DNA from: Candidatus Kaiserbacteria bacterium
Lineage (GTDB): Bacteria; Patescibacteriota; Minisyncoccia; Phycocordibacterales; Phycocordibacteraceae
Assembly: GCA_026396675.1 (NCBI GenBank)
Contig: JAPLWI010000011.1
Span: forward strand, 1 to 59,472
Length of the DNA: 59,472 nt
Reading direction: 5' to 3'
The translations under genes and the position numbers were made by a program. How positions within the stretch are numbered: position 1 is the stretch's first letter; each line of letters starts with the position of its first letter. Of this stretch, positions 47,701 through 59,283 are shown in pieces. The notes beneath the pieces are model-generated. The model was not told where the DNA came from and made no database searches. It worked only from the letters and a program-made list of their open reading frames with translations.

Positions 47701-47931
47701 ATGGAAGTTTGGGCTCTTCTTGGTTACGGCGCCGCTTACACGCTTCGCGAAATGCTTACGATAAAATCGGACGATATTCAAGGTCGTTCAGCGGCCTTCG
47801 ACGCTATCGTAAAGAATGAATCTATTAGTCATACCGGCACCCCTGCATCATTTGCTGTCCTTACGAATCAGATCCGCGGGCTTGCGCTGGATGTTGAGCC
47901 GATAAATCTATCGCCAGAACCGGAAGAATAA
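44755..47931 (+). CDS. rpoB: RNA polymerase beta subunit
   Basis: GDKLAGRHGNKG and GGQRFGEME motifs. Confidence 0.98.
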   Translation: MRKNLVQKTFGAYQAPRVPFPDLVGHQRNSFEWLLTDGLKELFKEFSPIADYSGKKFELRFESFEIGEPKYDEDFARENIRTYEAPVKATVKLINKTLGSEKSQEIFLADIPLMTPHGSFIVSGVERVIVPQLARSFGAFFVSELLRGKSFFGAKIIPLRGVWIEFESEADGAIFVKIDRKRKFPITELLTVFGGGVGESVAKHFANDPLALSAIKATLEHDEAKSVEEAYIEIHRRMRDGDLATPENAKNFVQSLFSAERYDIGKIGRHRLNTRFGLPVTEKALEKRTLTLADFVHIISEITRLNADPSARPDDIDHLGFRRVRFVGELLQARMRVGMSRMKRNIQDRMSTTQTETTLPMTLVNPRPFHASVHEFFTANQLSQFMDQQNILAELENMRTLSALGPGGLTRERAGFEVRDVHPSHYGRLCPIHTPEGQNIGLILRLATHARTNDFGVIETPYARVKNGVVTKDIVYLNALDEELETIAHGATKLDENDRITTDLVEARHKGEPVIVARDAITLIDSSPYQMFSIATDMIPFVNHDDANRALMGSNMQKQATPILIPEAPLVATGIESHAARSTSRLVLATESGEVTHVEARKIIVKNKEGKLKEYRLQGLTRTNQNSAFMQRPSVNIGMTVKKGDVLADNSSTDHGQLALGQNVRVAFMSWNGANYEDAIVISERLVEDAKFTTVHIEDFECIVRDTKLGPETTTHDIPNVGELRLKNLDEEGVIRIGAEVRPSDILVGKVTPKGETQLTPEERLLRSIFGDKAKDVKDTSLRMEGGKRGRVIGVRIFSRERGDQLETGIIKKIVVTVAQVRNVSVGDKLAGRHGNKGVISRILPVEDMPYDKDGNPVDIILTPLGVPSRMNLGQILEMHLGLAAYTLGYQAIVPPFAGASADEIRDELVKAGFAKNGKIQLYDGQSGEPFAQTISVGYMYVFKLHHMVEDKIHMRSIGPYSLITQQPLGGKAQNGGQRFGEMEVWALLGYGAAYTLREMLTIKSDDIQGRSAAFDAIVKNESISHTGTPASFAVLTNQIRGLALDVEPINLSPEPEE

Positions 47932-47959
47932 TTTTATTAATTTCCCTCACCCCTTAATT

Positions 47960-50900
47960 ATGGCACCAAATTCCCGCAGCAGTTTCTCCTCGCGCATGCC
48001 TGCCGGCCAGCTTCACCAAGCGAGCCGTCAGGATATGTGGAATGGATTACGCCTCACTCTCGCGTCACCTGAACGCATCCTCGCGTGGTCATCAGGCGAA
48101 GTGACCAAACCAGAAACAATCAATTATCGTACCCAGCGCTCAGAGAAACACGGGCTTTTCGATGAAAAAATATTCGGTCCGGAAAAGGACTATGAATGTT
48201 ACTGCGGAAAATATAAGGGTATCCGCTACAAAGGAATAGTTTGCGACAAGTGCGGCGTCGAGATCACTCGCTCGATTGTTCGTCGCGAAAGAATGGGACA
48301 CATCGAACTATGCACACCAGTCGCGCACATTTGGTTCCTGCGGAGCGTTCCATCTCGCATGGCGCTCTTACTCGGCGCACCAGCGGCGGATATAGAAAAA
48401 GTAGTATATTTCGCGGGATACATCGTTACCAAAATTGCAGAGGAAGAAAAGAAACGTCTCATTAGCGAACTTGAAGGCGAATACAAATCAAAATATAAGT
48501 CGCTCGGGAGTGATGCAGAACGCGATGCACTTAAAGAAAAAATGACCTTTGCGAAGAATGAAATCGAGAGTGTCATCGTCGGAAAGGTTCTCGACGAACT
48601 CGAATATCATCGCTTTTCTGTGAAATATGGAGGCCTCTTCGATGCGCGTATCGGTGCAGAAGCAATTTACGATATTTTCCGCTCCATGGATTTGAAAGCA
48701 CTAGAGAAGACGCTCTCGGCTCGTTATGAGAAAGCCGGTGCCGCTGAGCGCGAGAAACTCGCAAAACGTCTATCGCTTATTGCCGGTCTCATTGCGTCTG
48801 GCATTCGCCCAGAATGGCTCTTCCTTACTCGCATTCCTGTTATTCCACCGGCATTACGGCCAATGGTCGCGCTTGAAGGTGGCCGCCACGCGACTTCTGA
48901 TGTGAACGATCTTTATCGCCGCGTTATAAACCGTAACAATCGTCTCAAGAAACTAATTGATATTCACGCGCCAGAAGTAATTCTCAGAAATGAAAAGCGC
49001 ATTCTTCAGGAGGCCGTTGATGCACTTCTCGATAATTCCATCAGAAAAAGCGGCGCTTCTGCAGGAGCCATTACGCTCGCACAGCGTCGTCCACTCAAGT
49101 CACTCGCAGATTATCTTAAAGGGAAACAAGGATATTTCCGTCAGAACCTGCTCGGCAAGCGCGTTGATTATTCTGGTCGTTCAGTCATCGTCGTCGGTCC
49201 AGATCTTGAACTTGATGAATGCGGACTTCCGAAACATATGGCGCTTGAACTTTTCCGCCCGTTTGTTATCGCAGGATTCCTTGAGCGAGAACTCGCCTTC
49301 AATATCCGCGGCGCCGGTCGTCTCATCGAAGACGGTGTGCCGGAAGTGTGGGAAATACTCGAAGAGGCAATTGCCAATAAATATGTACTCCTAAACCGCG
49401 CGCCGACGCTTCACCGCCAAGGCATCCAAGCGTTCCGTCCGCGACTAATTGAAGGCGATGCTATTCAACTCCACCCGCTAGTTTGTAATGCTTTCAACGC
49501 TGACTTCGACGGCGACCAAATGGCGGTTCATGTTCCGCTCTCGGAAGAAGCGCAGTGGGAGGCCGAGCATATAATGAGTGCTAATAAAAATATTCTAAAA
49601 CCGGGCTCAGGCGATATAATAGTACTTACAGGCAAACCACTTGATATTATTCTCGGCGTCTACTGGCTTACGAAGGCGGTTGAAAAAGCGAAGGGTGAAG
49701 GTGATCATTTCTCTTCTCCAAACTCGGCAATTCTCGCATCCGAATATGATGCTATCAACATACGCGCAAAGATTAAGATATTGCCGGTCGCCGGCAAAGA
49801 AAAATACGCGATGTTTGATGGACATCCATTCGAAACGACGGTTGGTCGGCTTCTCTTCAATACCGTGCTCCCAGCCAACTATCCGTTCGTGAACGAAACG
49901 ATTACTAAAAAAGTCCTAGCACGTATCGTGACCGATTGTATTGCGCGCTACGGACTTGATGCTGTGCCGGATATCGTGAACAAGGTAAAACACTTTGGTT
50001 TTGAGTATGCTACGAAATCCGGTGTTTCTTGGTGTGTTGATGATGTCTCCGTGCCGAAGAAGAAGCCGGAAGTCGTTGAACGGGCTGCCGTTAAAGTGGC
50101 GAAGATTGAAGAAGAGTATAAAAGCGGACTTCTTTCTGAAGAAGAGAAACGCCGCATGGTTATAGAAATTTGGCAGGCAACGAAACAAGAAGTCGAACAG
50201 CTTGTTGCCGAAGAACTAGACCCAATGGGTTCAGTCGCCGATATGGTGCGGAGCGGTGCGCGTGGCTCAATGGGTAACTTGACTCAAATGGCCGGAATGA
50301 AGGGTCTCATTCAAAATACCATTGGAGAAACCATTGAAGTCCCGATCGCATCTTCCTTCAGCGAAGGATTGAATCCGATTGAGTATTTCATGTCCACACA
50401 CGGTTCACGCAAAGGTCTCACCGATATGGCGCTTGGTACCGCGAAGGCCGGTTACCTTACGCGTCGTCTCTTCGATGTTGCGCAGGATTCAATCGTAACC
50501 GAGAAGGATTGCGGCACATCGCGTGGAGTGAAGATTAATCGCATCAGCGCTTCTGGCATTCAGATTGATTACGCTGAGGCGCTTAGAGGCCGTGTTCTTG
50601 CGGAGGATGTAAAGGATGCAGACGGAACGGTTCTCTTTAAGAAAAAGCATTACCTCTCCGCTGGTGATGCTGAAGCAATTGCAGCTTCTTCTATTTCTTC
50701 TATTGTTGCTCGTTCGCCGATGTCTTGCGAAACGCGTTACGGCATCTGTCAGACCTGCTATGGCATGGATCTCACAACACAAGAATCCGTTGATCTTGGA
50801 GAAGCGGTTGGTACTGTTGCCGCACAAGCAATCGGTGAACCGGGCACACAACTCACACTTCGTACCTTCCACCAAGGTGGCGTGGCTTCAGTAGGTGGTG

Positions 50901-51709
50901 ACATCACCGGAGGTCTTCCGCGCGTTGAAGAGGTCTTTGAAAAACGCTCGCCAAAAAATCCGGCGGTCATCTCGAAATCGGATGGTATTGTCACAGAAAT
51001 AAAAGATGCTGGTCGTGAGAAAATAATCGTCGTCGCACCGATAAAAGGGCAAGGGAAAAAAGATGGATCGGAATATGAATATCTCGCGCCATATCCGCGC
51101 GTCTCTCTTGTGAAAGAAGGCGATACAGTATCGAAGGGCCAGATTCTTACTGACGGTTCTGCCGACCTCGACGACCTCTTCGAATATGCCGGCCGTGCAG
51201 TGGTGCAGGAATATATTATCGCCGAAGCGTCGAAAATCTACGAATTGCAAGGCGCTCATGTATCACGTAAGCACCTCGAAGTCATTGTGAAGCAGATGTT
51301 TTCACGCATGAAAATTACCGATGCAGGGGATACCGATTATTCAATAGGCGATGTTTTAGAGGACTGGGAATTTGCGAAAGCGGTGACGGAGATGGAGGCA
51401 GCGAATAAAATAGCGCCGCAGGCGCGTGAGATTGTGCTTGGCATCAAAGAGAGCGCGCTTTCGCGTCGCTCATTCCTCTCCGCGGCATCCTTTGAGCAGA
51501 CAACGAAGATTCTTATCAACGCGGCGCTTAAAGGCAGTGTAGATCGCTTGCGCGGACTGAAGGAAAACATTATTCTCGGGCGTCTCATTCCATCAGGAAC
51601 AGGTTTCGCGGGAAGTAAGAAATACTCGCACATTACGAAACTTCAATCCGAACGGCCAGTAGCACCATCTTCACGCCCGAGCTATTCGCGCGCTCCTAGG
51701 GCACTCTAA
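47960..51709 (+). CDS. rpoC: RNA polymerase beta' subunit
   Basis: NADFDGDQM motif and Zn fingers. Confidence 0.98.
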   Translation: MAPNSRSSFSSRMPAGQLHQASRQDMWNGLRLTLASPERILAWSSGEVTKPETINYRTQRSEKHGLFDEKIFGPEKDYECYCGKYKGIRYKGIVCDKCGVEITRSIVRRERMGHIELCTPVAHIWFLRSVPSRMALLLGAPAADIEKVVYFAGYIVTKIAEEEKKRLISELEGEYKSKYKSLGSDAERDALKEKMTFAKNEIESVIVGKVLDELEYHRFSVKYGGLFDARIGAEAIYDIFRSMDLKALEKTLSARYEKAGAAEREKLAKRLSLIAGLIASGIRPEWLFLTRIPVIPPALRPMVALEGGRHATSDVNDLYRRVINRNNRLKKLIDIHAPEVILRNEKRILQEAVDALLDNSIRKSGASAGAITLAQRRPLKSLADYLKGKQGYFRQNLLGKRVDYSGRSVIVVGPDLELDECGLPKHMALELFRPFVIAGFLERELAFNIRGAGRLIEDGVPEVWEILEEAIANKYVLLNRAPTLHRQGIQAFRPRLIEGDAIQLHPLVCNAFNADFDGDQMAVHVPLSEEAQWEAEHIMSANKNILKPGSGDIIVLTGKPLDIILGVYWLTKAVEKAKGEGDHFSSPNSAILASEYDAINIRAKIKILPVAGKEKYAMFDGHPFETTVGRLLFNTVLPANYPFVNETITKKVLARIVTDCIARYGLDAVPDIVNKVKHFGFEYATKSGVSWCVDDVSVPKKKPEVVERAAVKVAKIEEEYKSGLLSEEEKRRMVIEIWQATKQEVEQLVAEELDPMGSVADMVRSGARGSMGNLTQMAGMKGLIQNTIGETIEVPIASSFSEGLNPIEYFMSTHGSRKGLTDMALGTAKAGYLTRRLFDVAQDSIVTEKDCGTSRGVKINRISASGIQIDYAEALRGRVLAEDVKDADGTVLFKKKHYLSAGDAEAIAASSISSIVARSPMSCETRYGICQTCYGMDLTTQESVDLGEAVGTVAAQAIGEPGTQLTLRTFHQGGVASVGGDITGGLPRVEEVFEKRSPKNPAVISKSDGIVTEIKDAGREKIIVVAPIKGQGKKDGSEYEYLAPYPRVSLVKEGDTVSKGQILTDGSADLDDLFEYAGRAVVQEYIIAEASKIYELQGAHVSRKHLEVIVKQMFSRMKITDAGDTDYSIGDVLEDWEFAKAVTEMEAANKIAPQAREIVLGIKESALSRRSFLSAASFEQTTKILINAALKGSVDRLRGLKENIILGRLIPSGTGFAGSKKYSHITKLQSERPVAPSSRPSYSRAPRAL

Positions 51710-51772
51710 AATTCTGCAAAGGTTTCTATTTCTTTGTCAAGCACCAGCGCAGCAAGGTAGAATCAAGAGAAT

Positions 51773-53470
51773 ATGACCGACACTGTCGCGCAGATTAAGG
51801 AGCGCCTGACGATTCAGGATATCGTGGCGCCATATGTAAAATTGACGAAGGCAGGGAAGTCACTCGTCGGGCTCTGCCCATTCCATAAAGAGAAAACAGC
51901 ATCTTTTCATGTCTCGCTTGATCGCGGCACATGGCACTGCTTCGGCTGTGGACTGGGCGGTGACGGATTTTCTTTTATCGAAAAAGTTGAAGGTGTTGAT
52001 TTCAAAGGCGCGTTAAAAATTCTCGCAGAGAAAGCAGGAGTTCAAATTACTACCATATATGGTAGTGGCGGCGGGAAAGAAGATGTATCAAAAAAAGATC
52101 GCTTGCGCGAAGTGATTAGCAGAGCGAGCGAGTGGTATGCAGGAAAACTTGTCGGGAGTCCAGCCGAAACATACGCGAAGCAGCGCGGCCTCTCGAAAGA
52201 GACCATTCATTCATGGCGTCTCGGCTACGCGCCAGACGCGTGGCGCGCGCTCCTTGAAGCACTTTCAGCTGAAGGATTCACAGTGCAAGAACTTCTCGCA
52301 GCAGGATTGATAAAGGAGGCCGATGGGAAGACCGGCACGTTTTATGATCGTTTCCGCAATCGGCTGATGTTTCCGATTACAGACAACGCCGGTCGTGTTG
52401 TCGCATTCACTGGACGCGCTCTGTCCGCGGACGACCAGGCGAAATATCTCAATAGTCCAGAAACGGAGTTGTATCATAAGTCAGAAATTCTTTTCGGCAT
52501 AGACCGCGCAAAAGATGCGATTCGCACGCGCAAGTTCGCTCTTCTCGTTGAAGGTCAAATGGACGTCTTGCTCGCGCATCAAATCGGTTTTGAAAACGCA
52601 ATCGCACTTTCTGGCACAGCACTCTCAGAAAAGCACCTCGCGCTTATTAAACGTTACAGTGAAAATCTTTTGCTAGTCCTCGATGCCGATACAGCAGGAC
52701 TTTCTGCGACTGCAAGATCTGCTGCACTCGCGCTATCTCGCGGACTGCAAGTAAAAGCGGCCCGACTTCCAAAAGGAAAAGATCCAGCAGAACTCATCAG
52801 TGGAGATACAGCTACTGGCAAAAAGGAATTTTCAAAATACATTACAGCCGCGAAACCGATTGTTGAATTTTTCTTGGTGTCTTTGACAGAACGAGAGCGT
52901 GATCCACACCGACTTATTTCTGCCGCCGAACGAATCATTCTTCCGCTTATTGCCGCAATGCAGAGCCCCATGGAGCGCGAACATTTCATACAAATCACTG
53001 CCCGCACACTTGGACTTTCAAATGAGGCAGTTCGCGATTCGCTTACTAAATTACCTCGCGCGAGTGTGGAAGAGACCGTGACCATGAAGGATTCTGTCAC
53101 CGTGATAAAACGATCTGCACGCCAAAATCGCGAAGAGACGCTTCTTGCCGTTGTCCACGCGTATCCTGATACCCCCCTTGCCGAACGCGTCAAAACGAGG
53201 TATCTTCAGATTACTGAAGCCGACCAATTGCCCGCCGATGCTCCTGTGGAGCCGGCCCTTTTCGAAGCGGAACGGTTGTTCGGCAAAGATCCGGAAGAAG
53301 ACGCGGCGGATGAACTCCTCCGTGTTTTTGAAGAATTAGTGGTTCGAGAGGCGTATCAAGAAGCAGTGACGCATCTGCGAAGAATAGAATCCTCGGGAGA
53401 TGCAAAGGCAATCGAGAGCGCACAGGCGCAGTGTGCGAAAATTTCTACCCGTCTTGCCGTATTCGGATAA
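51773..53470 (+). CDS. dnaG: DNA primase
   Basis: CPFH...CFGC zinc finger, KYLNSPET and Toprim VEG.MD...D.D.AG. Confidence 0.96.
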   Translation: MTDTVAQIKERLTIQDIVAPYVKLTKAGKSLVGLCPFHKEKTASFHVSLDRGTWHCFGCGLGGDGFSFIEKVEGVDFKGALKILAEKAGVQITTIYGSGGGKEDVSKKDRLREVISRASEWYAGKLVGSPAETYAKQRGLSKETIHSWRLGYAPDAWRALLEALSAEGFTVQELLAAGLIKEADGKTGTFYDRFRNRLMFPITDNAGRVVAFTGRALSADDQAKYLNSPETELYHKSEILFGIDRAKDAIRTRKFALLVEGQMDVLLAHQIGFENAIALSGTALSEKHLALIKRYSENLLLVLDADTAGLSATARSAALALSRGLQVKAARLPKGKDPAELISGDTATGKKEFSKYITAAKPIVEFFLVSLTERERDPHRLISAAERIILPLIAAMQSPMEREHFIQITARTLGLSNEAVRDSLTKLPRASVEETVTMKDSVTVIKRSARQNREETLLAVVHAYPDTPLAERVKTRYLQITEADQLPADAPVEPALFEAERLFGKDPEEDAADELLRVFEELVVREAYQEAVTHLRRIESSGDAKAIESAQAQCAKISTRLAVFG

Positions 53471-53492
53471 CTCACCTATCTATTTTTTCATC

Positions 53493-54725
<1,233 letters not shown>

Positions 54726-54731
54726 ATAATT

Positions 54732-55562
54732 ATGGGAAAGAGAATGAAACTCCCGATTAAACACTGGAGTCATTCGTCCTTAATGGCTTTTTTAAGGAAC
54801 CCATTGGCGTGGTACAAGCGATATGTAGAAGAAATATATGACACTCCTAGAACTCCCGCATCTATTGTCGGGAGCGCGGGGCACCTCGCGCTCGAGCATT
54901 TTTATCGGGGCGAAGCAAAGAATGTCGCAATGCAGAAAGGTCTTGAATATCTGCGCGCCATTTCAGATGCTGATATTGATTTCGGTAAATTAAAAACACG
55001 TCGTGCGAAGAAGGAAAAGCGCGCGGCGATGGAACGAGAATATCTCCAAGCAATTTCTTTTTATCTTGAGCGACCGCCGCGGCACAAAGTGCTTGGTGTT
55101 GAAGTAAAAGGCGTGGTGTCGGTCGACGGGCTTCTTCTACCAATTAAAGCCGTTTCGGATTTGGTTGTCGTCTCAAAGATTGAGAAAGGCGCTGTTGATA
55201 TCATTGACCATAAATTCGTTGCATCGTTTAGCAAAGGAGGCGCGGAAAAGACGCTTTTTATGATTCAAGCGATTTTCAATTATTACACCGTCAGAGAACT
55301 TTTCGGCAAACCGGTACGGCGGTTTATCGTCTATGAATGCAAAAAAACAAAAAACGCCGATGGAAGCAAACAAGTGCGACGGTATGAAATTGATTTCCAA
55401 AATCATGAAGAGGACTTCTCAGTTTTCCATCGACTACTAAACGACGCGACAACGGAAATCTCTCGTCGGCGCATCTATTTGCCGAATCCTTCTGACATGT
55501 TTGAAGGCGAAAATTCTTTTGATATATACCGCCTTGGCCTGGTGGATGATTCCACGAGGTGA
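54732..55562 (+). CDS. PD-(D/E)XK nuclease family protein (RecB/AddB-like)
   Basis: WSHSSL..F..NP...Y, G...H.ALE and AVSDLV...IIDHK motifs. Confidence 0.7.
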   Translation: MGKRMKLPIKHWSHSSLMAFLRNPLAWYKRYVEEIYDTPRTPASIVGSAGHLALEHFYRGEAKNVAMQKGLEYLRAISDADIDFGKLKTRRAKKEKRAAMEREYLQAISFYLERPPRHKVLGVEVKGVVSVDGLLLPIKAVSDLVVVSKIEKGAVDIIDHKFVASFSKGGAEKTLFMIQAIFNYYTVRELFGKPVRRFIVYECKKTKNADGSKQVRRYEIDFQNHEEDFSVFHRLLNDATTEISRRRIYLPNPSDMFEGENSFDIYRLGLVDDSTR

Positions 55563-55598
55563 CACCTTACGGAAACCGTAAGGTGTCACCTCGTGGAA
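55550..55598. repeat. Perfect 23-bp inverted repeat overlapping the stops of two convergent genes
   Basis: TTCCACGAGGTGACACCTTACGG-AAA-CCGTAAGGTGTCACCTCGTGGAA; one arm recurs at 58257-58281. Confidence 0.85.
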
Positions 55599-56260
55599 AG
55601 TGCCTGATCAATTAATTGTTTAACTGCGTCATAGGAGTACGCGCCGTTCATTACGATAGGCACCTGACCTTTTACGAGAATGAGAGAATATGGAGTTCCT
55701 TTCGCACCGACATCAAGCGCATTTTGGCGGTCAGCATTAATTCGCGCGTCAAGAGTCGAAGATGCGTTGGCGTAGCAGGTAGCGAAAGCGTCCCCCGAAA
55801 TGCCCGCAATTGCCGCGAACTTTCCATATTGTGAAGGACCAATCGGCTGATTTGCGAAAAGCGCGTCCGCGAATTTCCAAAATGCGTCATTGCCTGCAAC
55901 AGCAGCGGCACACTCGGCTGCGCGAGCGTGTGAAAATGCATTCGGATGAATCTCAACAAGAGGAAATTCGCGATACACCCACGCGACTTTCCCATTAGTA
56001 CCTTCGTTCGCAATAATCTGATTCATCGTTTCATTAAAGTTTTTGCAAAAATCACAATCAAAGTCAGAATATTCTACGATCACGACTGGCGCTGCAGGAT
56101 TCCCGAACAAGTGGTCATTCGCACCGATCGGCCGTACTAGTGCCGGATTGCCTGAGTCCGGTGTCGTTATCGTCGGGTGTCGCATTGAAAAATACACTGC
56201 TCCTGCAACGACAATTCCGCCGAGGATAATCGCGATTGGGATTGTAAGTTGGGATTTCAT
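55586..56260 (-). CDS. DsbA/thioredoxin_4 family protein
   Basis: EYSDFDCDFC, REFPL..IHP.A and GTP motifs. Confidence 0.88.
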   Translation of the reverse strand: MKSQLTIPIAIILGGIVVAGAVYFSMRHPTITTPDSGNPALVRPIGANDHLFGNPAAPVVIVEYSDFDCDFCKNFNETMNQIIANEGTNGKVAWVYREFPLVEIHPNAFSHARAAECAAAVAGNDAFWKFADALFANQPIGPSQYGKFAAIAGISGDAFATCYANASSTLDARINADRQNALDVGAKGTPYSLILVKGQVPIVMNGAYSYDAVKQLIDQALSTR

Positions 56261-56838
56261 AATTGGAGTGCGTGCGTCATCGTTGATGTTTTATTTATTT
56301 CATGATTCCAAAGCGACGTATCAATTTTAATATCACGAATATCTCGCAGATCTTTATACTTAAGTACTCCGTGTTCAAGCGCATACTCATACAATTTACG
56401 CGTGATGCGCACATCATCAATACAATAGTCGCGAACCTGATCTTTCTTTCCTTCTTTCCACCACACTCCAGCTTTCAACCCATCGCCTGATTTCCCACTA
56501 CCGAGCGTTGCTTCGGCGAGCGACTGAAGTCGAATACGACGACCGAGCACTTTTTGTACTTCAACAAGCAAATCGAGCGAACGAATATGCGAGAGATCGC
56601 CGGGGTAATAACGATTTAAAAGCGGAATGTCGAACGAGTCAGAATTAAAACCAATAAGCATGTCGGCGTGTTCTATAATCGGCCAGAGTTTTGGCAATTC
56701 TTCTTTAACGAACGATGAATACTCATCCGTATGCGAATCATGAATAGCCACCACAATGAGTTCTTGTTCCCGTACATCAATGTGACCGCGCACAACGGAG
56801 TCAGAAATGGACTCAATATCGAAAGTAATAGCGCGCAT
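56257..56838 (-). CDS. RNase H-like (YprB/RNase_H_2) 3'-5' exonuclease-fold protein
   Basis: FDIES, GFNS..FDIP and YC.DDV motifs. Confidence 0.8.
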   Translation of the reverse strand: MRAITFDIESISDSVVRGHIDVREQELIVVAIHDSHTDEYSSFVKEELPKLWPIIEHADMLIGFNSDSFDIPLLNRYYPGDLSHIRSLDLLVEVQKVLGRRIRLQSLAEATLGSGKSGDGLKAGVWWKEGKKDQVRDYCIDDVRITRKLYEYALEHGVLKYKDLRDIRDIKIDTSLWNHEINKTSTMTHALQL

Positions 56839-56840
56839 AC

Positions 56841-58109
56841 TTAACTGCCAGCGCGAAGCCGTACGAGTAATTCGGAAAGGGGAAGTCCAACTTCCTCGCC
56901 AGTCGCGAGAATTTTCATACGAAGTGAATTGCCTGAAATCTCATCTGTGCCGTATGCGATAAAGAGCGGAATGCCGCGCTTCACAGCATCTTTTATTTGA
57001 TCACCAAGTGTTCGATCAGTCAGGTTTACGAAAATACGACCACCTTGTTTTCGTAGTGTGTCGGCGAAGGCCTGTGCGGCGGGAATGTCACCAACGGTTG
57101 GCGTGCCAAGATAGAGTTGCGGCCTTCCTTTGTTCGTGTCGATGGTGAGTTTGTGCGTCTCAAGAAAATCAGAAAGAGTTACATCTCCGAGCGCGAAACC
57201 GACAGCTGGGATCTGATCTCCACCAAAGAGTGCAACAAGACCATCGTATCGTCCGCCACCAAAGAGAGCCCGAGGATTCGCCGGATTAGTGTCATACACT
57301 TCGAAGACCATGCCAGTGTAATAGTCAAAACCGCGCGTAATACCAGCATCAAAGACGACATTCCCAACGCCGCGCGCTTTTAATCCATTTATACGATCAA
57401 GAAGTTTACTTTTCTCCTTCGCTACCTCGTCTGCCGCTCCAGTGTTTTCGATAATCGTAAAAGGATCTTTTGACGAGAGCGTAGAAGATGCAGCGACAAA
57501 AGCTGCGGGCGTCATTTTTGATTTTTTATCCAGGAGACGCAGATAATTTCGGACACCGTCACTTTTTAATCCAGCCGCTTTACAGGCGGCATTTAGAAGT
57601 GTCCGTGAATTCATACGGATGACGAAATCACTTTCCGTAGCACCGAAGTCTTTTAACAGAGCAGACACTAATCGTACAATTTCGATATCCGCTTCACCTT
57701 CTGGAAGACCGATGAGATCAATATCCGCTTGGTAAAACTCACGCAATCGACCTTTCTGCGGCCGTTCATAGCGAAAACGATTACCGATAGAGAACCAGCG
57801 GAGTGGCATCGCGAGCTCGCGGCGTTTAGCGGCAACCATTCGTGCGAGTGTCGGCGTCATTTCGGGACGCAGTGTCACACGACGATCACCCCGGTCCATG
57901 AAAGTGTAAGTTTGTTCACCAACAATTTCTTCAGATGTCTTCGCTTCGTAAATTTCGGCGCGTTCTAGGGGGGAAGCGTTGTATTCCTCATATCCCCACA
58001 ACATTAATGTCTTACTGATTCGTGTGAAGATTGCTTGAAGACGCACCCAATCAGATGGGTAAAAATCACGGACGCCTTTATAAGGATCGGTAGAAAGTGG
58101 TTCTGACAT
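56841..58109 (-). CDS. hisS: Histidyl-tRNA synthetase
   Basis: LRPEMTP, RYERPQKGRLREFYQ, RGFDYYTG and GGGRYD motifs. Confidence 0.96.
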   Translation of the reverse strand: MSEPLSTDPYKGVRDFYPSDWVRLQAIFTRISKTLMLWGYEEYNASPLERAEIYEAKTSEEIVGEQTYTFMDRGDRRVTLRPEMTPTLARMVAAKRRELAMPLRWFSIGNRFRYERPQKGRLREFYQADIDLIGLPEGEADIEIVRLVSALLKDFGATESDFVIRMNSRTLLNAACKAAGLKSDGVRNYLRLLDKKSKMTPAAFVAASSTLSSKDPFTIIENTGAADEVAKEKSKLLDRINGLKARGVGNVVFDAGITRGFDYYTGMVFEVYDTNPANPRALFGGGRYDGLVALFGGDQIPAVGFALGDVTLSDFLETHKLTIDTNKGRPQLYLGTPTVGDIPAAQAFADTLRKQGGRIFVNLTDRTLGDQIKDAVKRGIPLFIAYGTDEISGNSLRMKILATGEEVGLPLSELLVRLRAGS

Positions 58110-58116
58110 GCAAAAA

Positions 58117-58851
58117 TTATATCATTTTGGCGCAAATTACGCGTGGCTTGTCATACTGGTCATTCAATATTTTGGCACGCAATCCTTGTGACTCAAACAA
58201 TGAGAGCGCGATTGTCGAGTGTTCACTGTCGCACTCAATCCACGTCTCACCTCCTTCCGTAAGGTGACACCTCGTGGAAAGCGCGATACGGCGGATTAGG
58301 TCGAGGCCATCAACGCCAGCTCGCAGAGCGCGAGACGGCTCGTAATCAGCGACACTCGACTGTAATATGCGATTGTCGGGAATGTAGGGCGGATTCACGG
58401 CGATGACATCGAACTGCAGATTACCGAAGGGTTCAAAGAGGTCACCAATACCGATGTGTGCTCGTGATGCATTCAAATTATTCTCGTGAATGTTTTTTAA
58501 AATAGTTTTCTCATGTGCAGGGTCAATCTCTCCAAAAAATACTTCCATATATGGTAGTGCTTTTAATGCCGCGCATCCGATTGCGCCGCTTCCAGCGCAG
58601 ATGTCGAGGAATGTCATGTGGGGTTTCCGAAACCCCACATGATTTAAGAGTTGCTCGGTCCACCACTCTGTTTCTGGTCGTGGAATGAGCGGCTTTGAAT
58701 CGAGATAAATTTTCAATCCTAGAAATGGTTGCCAACCAATGACATATCCAAGCGGCTCGCCTTTGGCGAGCCGCTTTTTATCGGCCTCATATTCCGGTGT
58801 TTCTTTCCCATTGTATTTTTCTTTCAAAAGCCACTGTTCATCCTTGGTCAT
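58117..58851 (-). CDS. prmC: Release factor glutamine methyltransferase
   Basis: LIPRPETE, DICAGSG and NPPY motifs. Confidence 0.92.
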   Translation of the reverse strand: MTKDEQWLLKEKYNGKETPEYEADKKRLAKGEPLGYVIGWQPFLGLKIYLDSKPLIPRPETEWWTEQLLNHVGFRKPHMTFLDICAGSGAIGCAALKALPYMEVFFGEIDPAHEKTILKNIHENNLNASRAHIGIGDLFEPFGNLQFDVIAVNPPYIPDNRILQSSVADYEPSRALRAGVDGLDLIRRIALSTRCHLTEGGETWIECDSEHSTIALSLFESQGLRAKILNDQYDKPRVICAKMI

Positions 58852-58870
58852 ATAAAGAAGTTACCACGAA

Positions 58871-58905
58871 AACAAAAATGCTCCGCCTAGCGGAGCATTT
58901 TTGTT
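58871..58905 (-). terminator. Intrinsic terminator of the RRM gene
   Basis: AACAAAAATGCTCCGC-CTA-GCGGAGCATTTTTGTT. Confidence 0.75.
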
Positions 58906-58926
58906 GTGGCGAAATGAGTAAGAGAA

Positions 58927-59283
58927 TTAGTATCCTCCGCGACCGTAGCCGCCACGACCATAACCGCCTGCATCGCCACCTCCAAAGCCGCCTTCGCGGC
59001 GAGGAGGGCGATCACCCTGCGGTCGGGCGAAAGAGACCGAGAGCGTGCGCCCATCCATCTCCTTACCGTCCCAACGATCGATTGCCGCTTGCGCCTCCGC
59101 TTCGGAAGCCATTTCGACGAAGCCGAAGCCGCGTGAGCGGCCCGTCATACGATCAGAAATAATACTCGCGGACACGACATTACAGACCTCGCTAAAGGTC
59201 TTTTTAAGATCGTCTTCCGTCGAGCGATAGGGGATACCGCCCACGTAGAGCTTGTTCCCCTGTACTGATGCTGCATTGTCCAT
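58927..59283 (-). CDS. RRM RNA-binding protein with a Gly-rich tail
   Basis: RNP2 KLYVGGI and RNP1 RGFGFVEM. Confidence 0.93.
   Translation of the reverse strand: MDNAASVQGNKLYVGGIPYRSTEDDLKKTFSEVCNVVSASIISDRMTGRSRGFGFVEMASEAEAQAAIDRWDGKEMDGRTLSVSFARPQGDRPPRREGGFGGGDAGGYGRGGYGRGGY

Noticed and set aside
54732..55562. Cas4 / CRISPR adaptation gene
   Set aside because: It lacks the Fe-S cysteine cluster and any cas context; treated as a generic PD-(D/E)XK nuclease.
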